Below, in pieces: positions 8,348-17,898 of a DNA stretch of 64,000 bases; positions within the stretch are counted from its first letter, which is position 1, and every line of letters starts with the position of its first letter. A program made the position numbers and the translations under genes. The notes beneath the pieces were generated by a model. That model was not told where the DNA came from. It saw nothing but the letters and a program-made list of their open reading frames with translations, and did not search any database. This stretch comes from Candidatus Falkowbacteria bacterium (lineage in GTDB: Bacteria > Patescibacteriota > Patescibacteriia > Patescibacteriales > GWE2-39-37): NCBI GenBank assembly GCA_013336275.1, contig JAAXUA010000001.1:78167-142166 (forward strand). The letters run 5' to 3'.

Positions 8348-10492
8348 ATGCAATACCTGTTTTCAATATCAGGGCTGATCAATGGGATTGTCACTTTGAT
8401 AATTTCCATTTTTGTCATTTCCAGCAACCGGAAACGCCCCGTGAACAGGGTATTCTTCCTGATGACCTTGGTTAATTCCATCTGGTCGTTGGCCTATTGG
8501 CGATGGTTGTCCGTCTATGACGACGCCACGCTGGCTTTGTTCTGGGTCAGAGTGCTTTCGATCGGCTCGATGCTGACGTCCATTTTCTATCTTCATTGGG
8601 TGCTGGTGCTGTTAGAGCTCAAACGGAACAAGACCCTGATTTTTTACTATCTGATTTCGATATACTATTTCCTGTTTTCCTTTTCCGATTATTTTGTCAG
8701 CGGTGTCCGGCCGATTATCGGTTTTTCTTTCTGGCCGACGCCAGGCCCGGTTTACAATCTTTATTTCATCACCCACTACCTGATTCTCGTACCTTACGCG
8801 ACTTATCTTTTGTATACTCATTACAGGAGTTCAGTCGGGGTGCGAAAGTCGCAGATCGGCTTCGCCTTTTGGGGTGCCTTGATCGGCTTCACCGGGGGCG
8901 GCACTAATTTCCCGCTGTGGTATGGCATAGAATTGCCGCCTTTCGGCAACTTCCTCGTCCTGATTTATGTGATCTCCTTCGCCATCGCCATACTCAAATT
9001 CCGGCTGATGGGCATCAGGACGATAATGAGCAAGATATATACTTATTTCTTGATCGCTACCTATGCTTACTCGTTTTTCTATCTGGTAATATTCATCGAG
9101 GAGGCGCTGTTCGGCAGCATCTACGAGACGCAATCGCTCATAATCGCCCCGGTTTTCACCTTGATTTTCGCGGTCCTCTTTCTTCCTTTATTTAAGAAGA
9201 TCCAGAAATCCAGCGACGTACTGTTTTTTAAAGGCTATAATTCAAGAAGCATCTTGAAGGACATGTCATTGAGATTGAACAGCGTCATCAACTTGGATCA
9301 GCTTTTGAAAGCCCTAGTTGATGAGTTCAAAAGAGTCTTAGCTACGGAGGATGTAGATGTGTTTATTTTCAAAAGCACCGACATCAGCCGGAAAGCGTGC
9401 CTCTCGATCCTGAAGAACAAGGACAAGACTTTGCCGATGGGCGGCAGCATCTGCAAGCGGCTCCTCAAAGACCGGTCAATCATTATCCGCGACGAACTTA
9501 CCGACGATAACGAATCTTTGATCAAGGATTTGGATAAACTTGGAGCGAAAATAGTCGCGCCGCTCTTGATCCATCAGAAAACTATCGGCTTGGTCGTATT
9601 GGGTGAAAAGATCGAACAAGACGCCTATACCAAAGAAGATGTGGATTTCCTGCAAATCATCAGCTCCCAAGCTGCTGTCGCCATCGAAAATGCCAGGCTT
9701 TATAAAGAGGTCGAGGATTTCAACCAGACGCTCCAAGAGAAAGTGGATAAGCAGACCAAGGAAATCAGGGAAAAAGCCGAGCATCTGAGGAAGCTCATGG
9801 ACATGCGTTCGGAATTCCTGGATATCACTTCGCATCAGCTCCGTACCCCGGTCACGGTCATCAAGGGGGTGCTCTCGATGCTGGAGGAGGGCTCGATACC
9901 GCCAGCTAAACGCAAGGAATTCCTGCGTGGCGCTTTCGAGAAGTCGATCAAGCTAGGAGAAATCATCAACGATATCTTGCGCGCTTCAGAGATGGACAGC
10001 GAGCGGTTCGAACTGAATCTCAAGCCGACCGACCTTAATGAAGTCTTAAAGAAGATAGAGGAAGATAAGTATAGGACCTCGATCCGCAAGAATATCGCCC
10101 TTAAATTCATCCTCCCTAAAAAGCCTTTGCCGCCGATCATGAGCGACGAGAAATATATCGAACAGGCCATCGTGAACCTGATAAACAATTCTTTCCAGTA
10201 TACCACCAAGGGCTCGATAATCGTCTCCGCTGAGGTCTCGGCAGCAGCCGTCGTCATCCGGGTGGCCGATACTGGAATCGGCATTCCCAAGGCCGACATC
10301 CCTAAATTGTTCAGCAAGTTCGCCAGAGCTGACAATGCGGTCCAGGCTTATACGGATGGATCAGGACTCGGATTGTTCATTATCAAGCAGATAGTCGATG
10401 CGACCCCTGGAGCTAAAATAGAGATTGAGAAGACGGAAATCGGCAAGGGAACGACTTTCGCCCTGACCTTGCCGGTCGCCAAAGTAAGTTGA
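8348..10492 (+). CDS. Sensor histidine kinase (multi-TM N-terminal domain, GAF, HisKA, HATPase_c)
   Basis: About 8 TM helices in the first 290 aa. GAF-like block (IVAPLLIHQKTIGLVVLGEK...AVAIENARLY). H-box SHQLRTPVTVIKG, N-box NLINNSFQYT, G1 DTGIGI and G2 GSGLGL. Confidence 0.9.
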   Translation: MQYLFSISGLINGIVTLIISIFVISSNRKRPVNRVFFLMTLVNSIWSLAYWRWLSVYDDATLALFWVRVLSIGSMLTSIFYLHWVLVLLELKRNKTLIFYYLISIYYFLFSFSDYFVSGVRPIIGFSFWPTPGPVYNLYFITHYLILVPYATYLLYTHYRSSVGVRKSQIGFAFWGALIGFTGGGTNFPLWYGIELPPFGNFLVLIYVISFAIAILKFRLMGIRTIMSKIYTYFLIATYAYSFFYLVIFIEEALFGSIYETQSLIIAPVFTLIFAVLFLPLFKKIQKSSDVLFFKGYNSRSILKDMSLRLNSVINLDQLLKALVDEFKRVLATEDVDVFIFKSTDISRKACLSILKNKDKTLPMGGSICKRLLKDRSIIIRDELTDDNESLIKDLDKLGAKIVAPLLIHQKTIGLVVLGEKIEQDAYTKEDVDFLQIISSQAAVAIENARLYKEVEDFNQTLQEKVDKQTKEIREKAEHLRKLMDMRSEFLDITSHQLRTPVTVIKGVLSMLEEGSIPPAKRKEFLRGAFEKSIKLGEIINDILRASEMDSERFELNLKPTDLNEVLKKIEEDKYRTSIRKNIALKFILPKKPLPPIMSDEKYIEQAIVNLINNSFQYTTKGSIIVSAEVSAAAVVIRVADTGIGIPKADIPKLFSKFARADNAVQAYTDGSGLGLFIIKQIVDATPGAKIEIEKTEIGKGTTFALTLPVAKVS

Positions 10493-10521
10493 TTCTTTAA
10501 TTTTCAAGGAGTAGAATATAC

Positions 10522-10908
10522 TTGTATATGGCCACAACTAAACCCAAAATCCTGCTTATTGAAGACGACGATGACCAGCTCATGATGTATGAAGTGTCGC
10601 TGGCAAAAGCCGGGTTCAGCGTATCCAAGGCTCATAATGGCAAGCAAGGAATAATCATGGCTCTCAAGAACAAGCCTGACCTGATAATGCTTGATTTGGT
10701 CTTGCCCGACATGCCTGGCCAGGAAATACTGTCCGAATTGAAGAAATTGCAGGCCGCCAAGGACATCAAAGTCGTGGTTCTGAGCAATCTGAACAAGAAA
10801 GAGGTTATTGAAGAATGCTTCCGCTTGGGAGCGGCTGATTTTCTAATCAAGATGCAGTTCCTACCCCGCGAAGTGGCCGCCAAGGCCCTAGGGTATCTTA
10901 AAAACTAA
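10522..10908 (+). CDS. Single-domain response regulator (REC only, CheY-like)
   Basis: Contains ILLIEDDDD, the phospho-acceptor context LIMLDLVLPD and a conserved K in ADFLIKM. There is no output domain. The start could be TTG 10522 or ATG 10528. Confidence 0.9.
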   Translation: MYMATTKPKILLIEDDDDQLMMYEVSLAKAGFSVSKAHNGKQGIIMALKNKPDLIMLDLVLPDMPGQEILSELKKLQAAKDIKVVVLSNLNKKEVIEECFRLGAADFLIKMQFLPREVAAKALGYLKN

Positions 10909-10932
10909 TCGTTCGTCGGCCCGGAGGGAGCC

Positions 10933-11274
10933 ATGAACAAAAAACATATGAAATACACAATCAAAGCAACGAAAATCAAGTTGACCCCGGAAATCAAGGA
11001 ATATGTCGACAAGAAAATAAATATGCTCGATAAGTACTTGGGCAAGATACAGCCGGTCGCCTGCCATGTCGAAGTCGGACTGCTGGTCGGCGGACAGAAG
11101 ACCGGCGACATCTACCGCACTGAAGTCGTCTTGGAATTGCCTAACTCCATACTGGTGATCGAGAAGAGCGCAGAAGACCTGACAAAGTCGATTGACAAGG
11201 TCAAGGATCATTTGGCCCAGTCGATCACCAAGTACAAGGAAAAGCTGATCGAGCGTCGTCGCAAGACTGCATAG
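10933..11274 (+). CDS. hpf: Ribosome hibernation promoting factor / RaiA family (short form)
   Basis: 113 aa. IKATKIKLTPEIKEYVDKKI...AEDLTKSIDKVKDHLAQSITKYKEK matches the sigma-54 modulation/HPF fold pattern. A GGAGG sits upstream. Confidence 0.85.
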   Translation: MNKKHMKYTIKATKIKLTPEIKEYVDKKINMLDKYLGKIQPVACHVEVGLLVGGQKTGDIYRTEVVLELPNSILVIEKSAEDLTKSIDKVKDHLAQSITKYKEKLIERRRKTA

Positions 11275-11282
11275 AGCAAGCC

Positions 11283-12065
11283 ATGCCTCAATATCAAAAG
11301 GATCTGCCTGAATCAGAATTATATCTCAAGGGTCAGAACGGCAAAGCCGTTCTGATTATCCATGGCTTCGCCATCAACATTGAGCAGACCGACCTGCTAT
11401 TCAAATATTTCCACAAAAAAGGGTATACGGTAGCCAGGCCGATCATGCCTGGCCACACCGGAGAAATGGACGACCTTAAGCGGTATGGGCCCGATGACTG
11501 GCTCGTTGAATCCAAAAAGTGGCTCAACCGGCTCTTATCCGAGTTCGATAGCGTTTATCTGATCGGTATTTCCTTCGGCAGCAATATCGCGCTGCGTCTG
11601 GCGGTCGAGGATGGTTCGCGGGTCAAAGCTGTGGTTGCCTGGGAAATGCCGATATTCTTCAACTGGAGAATCTGGTTCATCCTTAATATCGTGCAGCCGA
11701 TCATGCAGCTCTTCGGAGTCGAGTATATACGCAAAAGCGGGCCGCTTTATCGCAAGAACAACGTTGATCGGGATGGAGCCTTCGGCTTTATTCCAGTCAA
11801 AGTCGCCGGCCAGATCAGAAATTTCATCCGGCGCAACACGGTCAAGGATTTTTTGAAAGTCAATAAACCGATGCTACTGCTGCAAGCTGAACAAAGCGAT
11901 CTCTTGGATAATGACCACGCGTTAAAGTATGTCTGCAAGCATGTCGGCCCCGAATTGCGCGAGATGGTCTGCGTGCCTATAGACAACCATGACATTAACC
12001 TCTTGGATGAGGAGGGCAAGATAATTACCATGGAAATGATCTACAATTTCATCTCTAAAGTTTAG
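11283..12065 (+). CDS. Alpha/beta hydrolase (esterase/lipase-like)
   Basis: Oxyanion region VLIIHGF and nucleophile elbow GISFG. The size and layout fit small carboxylesterases. Confidence 0.7.
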   Translation: MPQYQKDLPESELYLKGQNGKAVLIIHGFAINIEQTDLLFKYFHKKGYTVARPIMPGHTGEMDDLKRYGPDDWLVESKKWLNRLLSEFDSVYLIGISFGSNIALRLAVEDGSRVKAVVAWEMPIFFNWRIWFILNIVQPIMQLFGVEYIRKSGPLYRKNNVDRDGAFGFIPVKVAGQIRNFIRRNTVKDFLKVNKPMLLLQAEQSDLLDNDHALKYVCKHVGPELREMVCVPIDNHDINLLDEEGKIITMEMIYNFISKV

Positions 12066-12271
12066 CTTGATTTTTTAAGCCATTTTTATTATAGTGTAGG
12101 AGGAAATAACGGAATATTGGTTAATATTCAGGTCCAAGGCGCAAAATTCAAAACAAGGGGGTTGCTTAATATTTATTGTTTTAATATTAGCTAAAAACCC
12201 AGGATTATGACATTTATTTGTTTTGGGTTTTGAGCTTTTTTTATTTGGCTTAATACATATAAATTATATTT

Positions 12272-15046
12272 ATGAATCTGTTGGCTAAAATGTGGGGCGA
12301 CCCAAATGCTCGCTATATCAAAAGCCTCGAACCGATCGTGGACCAAGTCAATAAACTCGAAGAGAAGTATAAGGCTTTGTCTGACGAAGATTTGAAGAAT
12401 GCTACCCTGGATTTCAAAAAGAGAATCGGCACAGCCGAACCGGCTCTGGTTGGCGATGAAAAGGTCCTGCAGAAGCTCGACGAAATCATGCCCGAAGCCT
12501 TCGCCGCGATTCGCGAGGCGGCCCGCCGAGTCATCGGCCAGCGTCATTATGACGTGCAGCTCTTGGGCGGCATCGTCTTGCACAAAGGCCAGATCGCTGA
12601 AATGAAAACCGGCGAGGGTAAGACTTTGGTTGCCACCTTGCCGTTGTATTTGAACGCCTTGACCGGCTGGGGCGCCCAGCTCGTTACGGTCAATGATTAT
12701 CTGTCGCGCGTCGGTGCTGGCTGGATGGCCCCGGTCTTTCACGCCCTTGGTTTGACGACCGGTGTCATCATTCATGAGCGCGCTTTGGTTTACGACCCGG
12801 AATATATCGACGAGAGCCAGTTCGACGACCGCTTGAAGCACTTTCGTCCGGTAGAGCGGCGTCAGGCATATCATTGCGACATCCTTTACGGCACCAATAA
12901 TGAGTTCGGTTTTGATTACCTCAAGGACAATATGGTCAACCGTCTGGAACAGATGGTCCAGCGGCCGCATTATTTCGCTATCGTCGATGAAGTCGATTCG
13001 ATCCTGATCGATGAGGCCAGGACGCCGCTGATCATCTCCGCTCCGGCCGAAGAGTCGACCGACAAATATTTCCAGTTCGCCCAATTAGTCGAACGCCTGA
13101 CCAAGGATGAGGACTATAACGTCGACGAGAAGATGCGCGCGGTATCCCTCGGCGAGTCCGGCATCGCTAAGCTGGAAAAATGGCTCGGCGTCGAGAATAT
13201 CTACACTTCCGGCGGCGTCAGCGACGTCCACCACATCGAACAGGCTCTGAAAGCCAAAGAGCTGTTTTTGCTTGACCGTGACTACGTCGTGCGTGAGGGC
13301 GAGGTGATCATCGTCGATGAGTTCACCGGCCGCATGATGCATGGCCGACGTTACAGCGAAGGCCTGCACCAGGCCATCGAGGCTAAAGAGGGCGTCGAAG
13401 TCCAGCGAGAGAGCCAGACTTTGGCGACCGTCACCTTCCAGAATTATTTCCGCATGTACAGGAAGCTTGCCGGCATGACCGGTACGGCCATGACCGAAGC
13501 GGAGGAGTTCCATAAGATTTACAAATTAGAGACTACGGTCATCCCGACCAACAAGCCGACCGTCCGCAAAGACCTGAACGACTTGATATACCGCGTTGAG
13601 GATGGCAAATACAATGCCGTAATCGAAGAGGTCAAGCAGCGCCACGCCGCAGGCCAGCCGATTCTGATCGGCACCATCTCGATCGAGAAGAACGAGCGCT
13701 TGGTTTTGGCGATGGAGCGCGAAGGCCTCCGTCCGCAGATGCTTAACGCCAAGAACCACCAGCGCGAGGCCGAAATCATTGCCCAGGCCGGCAAGGTCGG
13801 CTCGATTACTCTGGCTACGAATATGGCCGGACGAGGCGTCGACATCATGCTTGGCGGAACTGAACCGGCCAAAGGCACCCCGGAACACGACGAATGGCAG
13901 ATCGAGCACGACAAGGTCGTCGCTTTGGGAGGCCTGCATGTCATCGGTACCGAACGGCACGAAGCTCGCCGTATCGACAACCAGCTTCGAGGTCGCGCCG
14001 GACGCCAAGGCGACCCGGGTTCGTCGCAGTTTTACGTCTCGACCGATGACGACCTGATGCGCATCTTCGGCGGCGACCGCATGAAGAAGCTGATGGTCAC
14101 CCTGAAATTGCCTGACGATATGCCGATCGAGAACAAGCTTATTTCCCGATCGATCGAATCGGCCCAAAAGAAGGTCGAGGGCAATAACTTCGACTTGCGC
14201 AAGCATATCGTGGAATATGACGATGTCATCAATAAGCACCGCGAGTCGATATATCGCCGCCGCCGCGAGATTTTAGAGCTGGTTCCGGCAGGAAATATCG
14301 AGCTCGATCAAGCGGCAACAACCGAAAAAGTTTCAAGTACGAAATTATCCAAGACCGTCCTCGAGATGGTGGAGCTGGAGATCGAGCAGGTGGTGAGCTT
14401 TCATACGGCGGCAGAGCAGGTGAGCGAGTGGAATCTCAAGGAAATCGAACAGGTAATGCTGACCATTTTTCCGGTAAAGGAGGGTCTGCCAGCAGAGCTT
14501 TCGAAAATCGCCGAAGAGGGCAGCAAGCTCGACAAGGTCAAAGGCCGGACGGCCATCATTGAGCATCTGGTCAAGATGGCTGAAGAGGCTTATGCCGAGC
14601 TGGTTTCGAACGCCCGTGGCGTCGGCATCAACTGGGAAGTCGTCGAAAAGGATGTCTTGCTGCGTTCGATTGACGCTTTGTGGATCGAGCACCTTGAAGC
14701 GATGTCATCATTGCGCCAAGGCATCGGCCTCAGGGGGTACGGTCAGCGCGATCCTCTGATCGAGTATAAGCGCGAGTCCTACCAGCTTTATAATGAATTG
14801 ACAAATCTCATCCAGAAACAGGTGGTATATAGCATCTATAAGTTGGGCGGCGTCCACCAGCCGATTGCCGGAAAGAGCTTGGCCGAACGGGCGACGCAGT
14901 ATAGCGCTCCGGTCAAGGAAGGCGAGGGCGAGAAGGTGATTGTCGCAAACAACAAGGACAAAGCACCCGACGGTTCGCATATCGGGCGCAACGACCCTTG
15001 CTGGTGCGGCTCGGGTTTGAAATATAAGAAATGTCACGGCAAATAG
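12272..15046 (+). CDS. secA: Preprotein translocase ATPase SecA
   Basis: 924 aa with Walker A MKTGEGKT, the DEVDSILIDEARTPLIIS block, TNMAGRGVDI and the C-terminal zinc motif CWCGSGLKYKKCHG. Confidence 0.98.
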   Translation: MNLLAKMWGDPNARYIKSLEPIVDQVNKLEEKYKALSDEDLKNATLDFKKRIGTAEPALVGDEKVLQKLDEIMPEAFAAIREAARRVIGQRHYDVQLLGGIVLHKGQIAEMKTGEGKTLVATLPLYLNALTGWGAQLVTVNDYLSRVGAGWMAPVFHALGLTTGVIIHERALVYDPEYIDESQFDDRLKHFRPVERRQAYHCDILYGTNNEFGFDYLKDNMVNRLEQMVQRPHYFAIVDEVDSILIDEARTPLIISAPAEESTDKYFQFAQLVERLTKDEDYNVDEKMRAVSLGESGIAKLEKWLGVENIYTSGGVSDVHHIEQALKAKELFLLDRDYVVREGEVIIVDEFTGRMMHGRRYSEGLHQAIEAKEGVEVQRESQTLATVTFQNYFRMYRKLAGMTGTAMTEAEEFHKIYKLETTVIPTNKPTVRKDLNDLIYRVEDGKYNAVIEEVKQRHAAGQPILIGTISIEKNERLVLAMEREGLRPQMLNAKNHQREAEIIAQAGKVGSITLATNMAGRGVDIMLGGTEPAKGTPEHDEWQIEHDKVVALGGLHVIGTERHEARRIDNQLRGRAGRQGDPGSSQFYVSTDDDLMRIFGGDRMKKLMVTLKLPDDMPIENKLISRSIESAQKKVEGNNFDLRKHIVEYDDVINKHRESIYRRRREILELVPAGNIELDQAATTEKVSSTKLSKTVLEMVELEIEQVVSFHTAAEQVSEWNLKEIEQVMLTIFPVKEGLPAELSKIAEEGSKLDKVKGRTAIIEHLVKMAEEAYAELVSNARGVGINWEVVEKDVLLRSIDALWIEHLEAMSSLRQGIGLRGYGQRDPLIEYKRESYQLYNELTNLIQKQVVYSIYKLGGVHQPIAGKSLAERATQYSAPVKEGEGEKVIVANNKDKAPDGSHIGRNDPCWCGSGLKYKKCHGK

Positions 15047-15565
15047 ATGGAATGGCAAAGAATCGATGAGAAATCGGTCAAAGACGGCTGGCGCAAGGTC
15101 ATATCCCGCAGGTATCTTCTGCCGAACGGCAAGGAGTATGATTTTGAGATAAAGCAAGAGGGGGTCGCTGTCTGCGTTTTACCCATCACCCGCGAGGGCA
15201 AGGTCGTTCTAGCCAAGCAGTTCCGTGTCGGCCCGGAAAAGGTGCTTTTGGAACTGCCAGGCGGCGGCCTTGAAAAGGACGAGACGCCCGAGCAAGCGAT
15301 AGTCAGGGAGTTACGAGAGGAAACCGGCTATTCGGGTAAGGTGCAGCTGGTGCAGGAGATTCTTGATGATGCATATAGCACCAGGACTCGCTACGCCTTC
15401 GTGGCGACCGATTGTGTCAAGGTCGGTGAGCCGGAATCCGACGAGACGGAGTTCATCGAAGCTGTAGAAATGACGATCAGCGAATTCAGAAATCATCTGC
15501 GCGCAGGCCAGCTGACCGATCTCGAAACCGGCTATCTCGGCCTCGATTATCTGAAACTTTTGTAA
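15047..15565 (+). CDS. NUDIX hydrolase
   Basis: Nudix box GGGLEKDETPEQAIVRELREETGY. The ATG directly abuts the secA stop. Confidence 0.85.
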   Translation: MEWQRIDEKSVKDGWRKVISRRYLLPNGKEYDFEIKQEGVAVCVLPITREGKVVLAKQFRVGPEKVLLELPGGGLEKDETPEQAIVRELREETGYSGKVQLVQEILDDAYSTRTRYAFVATDCVKVGEPESDETEFIEAVEMTISEFRNHLRAGQLTDLETGYLGLDYLKLL

Positions 15566-15571
15566 TAACAT

Positions 15572-16627
15572 ATGAAGCCAATAATCAATAGCCCATCATT
15601 CTTTATCGGCAAAGGAGGAGGTAACCTGATCTCTTTCGGTTCGGGTCAGCCTGATTTGCCGCCACCGGCCGAAGCATTCGCCGCGATGAACGGTTATCAC
15701 GAATTCAAATACGGCCTGATTCCCGGCCAGCTCGCCTTGCGCGAGGCTCTGGTGCCGGTTTATGAAAATTCCAACCCGAGCCAGTTCGTCATCACCAATG
15801 GCGGATCGGAGGCGATCGACTTGGCCTTGCGCGCCATCGCCGTGCCTGGCGGGAAAGTCCTCTTGCCACGGCCGTATTACTACTCCTATCCGCACAATGT
15901 GGTTTTCGCCGGCATGACGCCGGAATATTATGACCTGGCCGACGGTAAAGTCGTGCTTGAGGAGTTAGAAGAGAAGATGCGGGGCATGCGGGCGATCATG
16001 GTCAACTCGCCATCGAACCCGACCGGGACTTTGCAGACGCCGGAAGTGCTTAAGGCGATCGAGGAGATGGCCCATCGCTTAGGCGTCTATATCATCGCCG
16101 ATAACGTCTATCGGGATTTGGTTTACGTCGGCGAGTTCTACCAGCTCAAGAGCGAGAAGGTCATTACCGTCGATTCATTTTCCAAGACCTATTCGATGTG
16201 CGGCTACCGGGTCGGTTATGTCCACGCCTATGACCAGGGCATCATTGACCGCATCGTCGAAATGAAGACCCACACGTCGATGAATACCAATATTTTGGCT
16301 CAAGAAATGGCTCTGGCAGCCTTGAAAAGCCCGCAGTCCTATATCGATGAGCACTTGGAAATCTGGCGCGAGCGCCGCGACCGCATCTATGGCGGCATGA
16401 AGGATTTGGGACTCGACTTGTGGCAGCCCGAGGGCGCCTTCTATGTCTTTCCGAGGTTCGATGACCCGAACAAGGTTGTCAACGAGCTGTATTATGAATA
16501 CAATATAATAACCTATGACGGAACCTGGTTCGGGGCGCCAGACAGGGTGAGATTCAGCTATGCCCTGGATGTGGACAAGATCGATGAAGGACTGAAACGG
16601 CTCGGGGAATATATCGCTAGGAAATAA
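15572..16627 (+). CDS. Class I/II PLP-dependent aminotransferase
   Basis: Contains NSPSNPTG and the PLP-lysine block SFSKTYSMCGYRVGY. Confidence 0.85.
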   Translation: MKPIINSPSFFIGKGGGNLISFGSGQPDLPPPAEAFAAMNGYHEFKYGLIPGQLALREALVPVYENSNPSQFVITNGGSEAIDLALRAIAVPGGKVLLPRPYYYSYPHNVVFAGMTPEYYDLADGKVVLEELEEKMRGMRAIMVNSPSNPTGTLQTPEVLKAIEEMAHRLGVYIIADNVYRDLVYVGEFYQLKSEKVITVDSFSKTYSMCGYRVGYVHAYDQGIIDRIVEMKTHTSMNTNILAQEMALAALKSPQSYIDEHLEIWRERRDRIYGGMKDLGLDLWQPEGAFYVFPRFDDPNKVVNELYYEYNIITYDGTWFGAPDRVRFSYALDVDKIDEGLKRLGEYIARK

Positions 16628-16637
16628 ACATAAAAAT

Positions 16638-17711
16638 ATGCCGGAGAAAAACTGGCAGTGGTATCTGAATTCGGAAACCGCTTGGGAGGCGATGCTGGCT
16701 GATTGCCAGAAGGCCGCGCGCAGCATCGATTTCGAGCAGTTCATCCTCTTGAATGACGAGATTGGCCGCCAATTTTTCGAGGTGTTCATTGAAAAGGCTA
16801 GGGCGGGGTTAAAGGTCAGGCTGATTTGCGATGCCGCAGGCAGCTATGGCTTTTTCAACTCTTCTTATCCAGCCACGCTGCGCAAAGAGGGAATCGAGGT
16901 GCGTTTTTTCAATCCGATCGGTCCTTGGCGCTTACACAATATCACCTCCTGGTTCTTCCGGGATCACCGCAAGATCTTGGTCGTCGACAATGAAGTGTGC
17001 TACACCGGCGGCGTCGGCGTCGAAAAGAAGCTTACGGGCTGGAAAGATGCCCAAGTCAGGCTGACCGGACCAGTGGTCAAGGAAATGGGTTATGCCTTCG
17101 ATAAGATGTGGCAGATGATCGGCGAAGGCCGCTTCATCAAATCGCGATTCGGCCAATTCGCACCCGGCGATTTTCATCTCTTCACCAATGCCCCGCATTT
17201 CCGCCAGCGCTTCTATTACCGCCGCCTGATCAGTGCCATCCGTTCAGCTAAGGAATACATCTATCTGACAACCCCCTACTTCGTGCCCAGCCAGCATTTC
17301 ATGCTGATACTGAAGCAGGCGGCCCGGCGGGGCGTCGATGTCAGGCTGTTGGTGCCGAAAAAGTCCGACCATAACCTGGTCGACACGGCGGCGCAGACCC
17401 ATTTTGCCGGCGCCATGCGCGCAGGCATCAAGATCTACCAGTTTCGCAACGGCATGAACCACGCCAAGACGACGATTGTCGATGATCGCTGGGCGGCAGT
17501 CGGTTCGAGCAATCTTGATAATTTGAGTCTGCTTTTGAATTATGAGGCCAATCTGGTTTCCGAAAATCGCCTGTTCATCGGCGAGCTGAAAGACTTTTTC
17601 GTCAACGACCTCTTGAGTTCTGATAAGCTTGAATATGAGGAGTGGCAGAAGCGTTCAGCATATCAGCGTTTCTGGGAATGGCTAAGCCTGCCTTTCCATG
17701 GGCTGTTATAA
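16638..17711 (+). CDS. Phospholipase D family protein / cardiolipin synthase-like (no N-terminal TM)
   Basis: Two HKD motifs: HRKILVVDNEVCYTGG and HAKTTIVDDRWAAVGSSNLD. Confidence 0.85.
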   Translation: MPEKNWQWYLNSETAWEAMLADCQKAARSIDFEQFILLNDEIGRQFFEVFIEKARAGLKVRLICDAAGSYGFFNSSYPATLRKEGIEVRFFNPIGPWRLHNITSWFFRDHRKILVVDNEVCYTGGVGVEKKLTGWKDAQVRLTGPVVKEMGYAFDKMWQMIGEGRFIKSRFGQFAPGDFHLFTNAPHFRQRFYYRRLISAIRSAKEYIYLTTPYFVPSQHFMLILKQAARRGVDVRLLVPKKSDHNLVDTAAQTHFAGAMRAGIKIYQFRNGMNHAKTTIVDDRWAAVGSSNLDNLSLLLNYEANLVSENRLFIGELKDFFVNDLLSSDKLEYEEWQKRSAYQRFWEWLSLPFHGLL

Positions 17712-17714
17712 TCG

Positions 17715-17785
17715 GGGCCTATAGTATAGTGGTAGAACAGAGCATTCGCATTGCTCGGGCGGCAGTTCGATTCTGCCTAGGTCCA
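17715..17785 (+). tRNA. tRNA-Ala (anticodon CGC)
   Basis: Manual cloverleaf. Acceptor GGGCCTA/TAGGTCC includes the G3:U70 Ala identity pair. Anticodon arm GAGCA-TTCGCAT-TGCTC, T arm GGCAG-TTCGATT-CTGCC. No CCA is encoded. Confidence 0.9.
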
Positions 17786-17790
17786 CATAC

Positions 17791-17862
17791 GCATCCATCG
17801 TTCAACGGATAGGACGCAAGTTTCCGGAACTTGTAATTGAGGTTCGATTCCTCATGGGTGCA
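17791..17862 (+). tRNA. tRNA-Arg (anticodon CCG)
   Basis: Acceptor GCATCCA/TGGGTGC, anticodon arm CAAGT-TTCCGGA-ACTTG, T arm TGAGG-TTCGATT-CCTCA. No CCA is encoded. Confidence 0.9.
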
Positions 17863-17898
17863 CATAATAAGTGCTAGTTTCCGAGAATAAAATATTTT

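Noticed and set aside
12066-12271. 206-bp AT-rich spacer upstream of secA, inspected for an sRNA, riboswitch or small ORF. It contains the AAAACCCA...TGGGTTTT stem and an AGGAGG box.
   Set aside because: The AGGAGG has no start codon at a usable distance. The only stem has a 21-nt loop, and I recognise no conserved RNA motif. It is most simply the terminator and promoter region for secA.
12191-13084. 297-aa ORF on the minus strand, plus further long minus-strand ORFs at 13085-14239.
   Set aside because: They lie entirely antisense to secA, whose identity is unambiguous. They have no SD or promoter and a low-complexity Asp/Gly/Leu-rich composition typical of shadow ORFs opposite a real gene.
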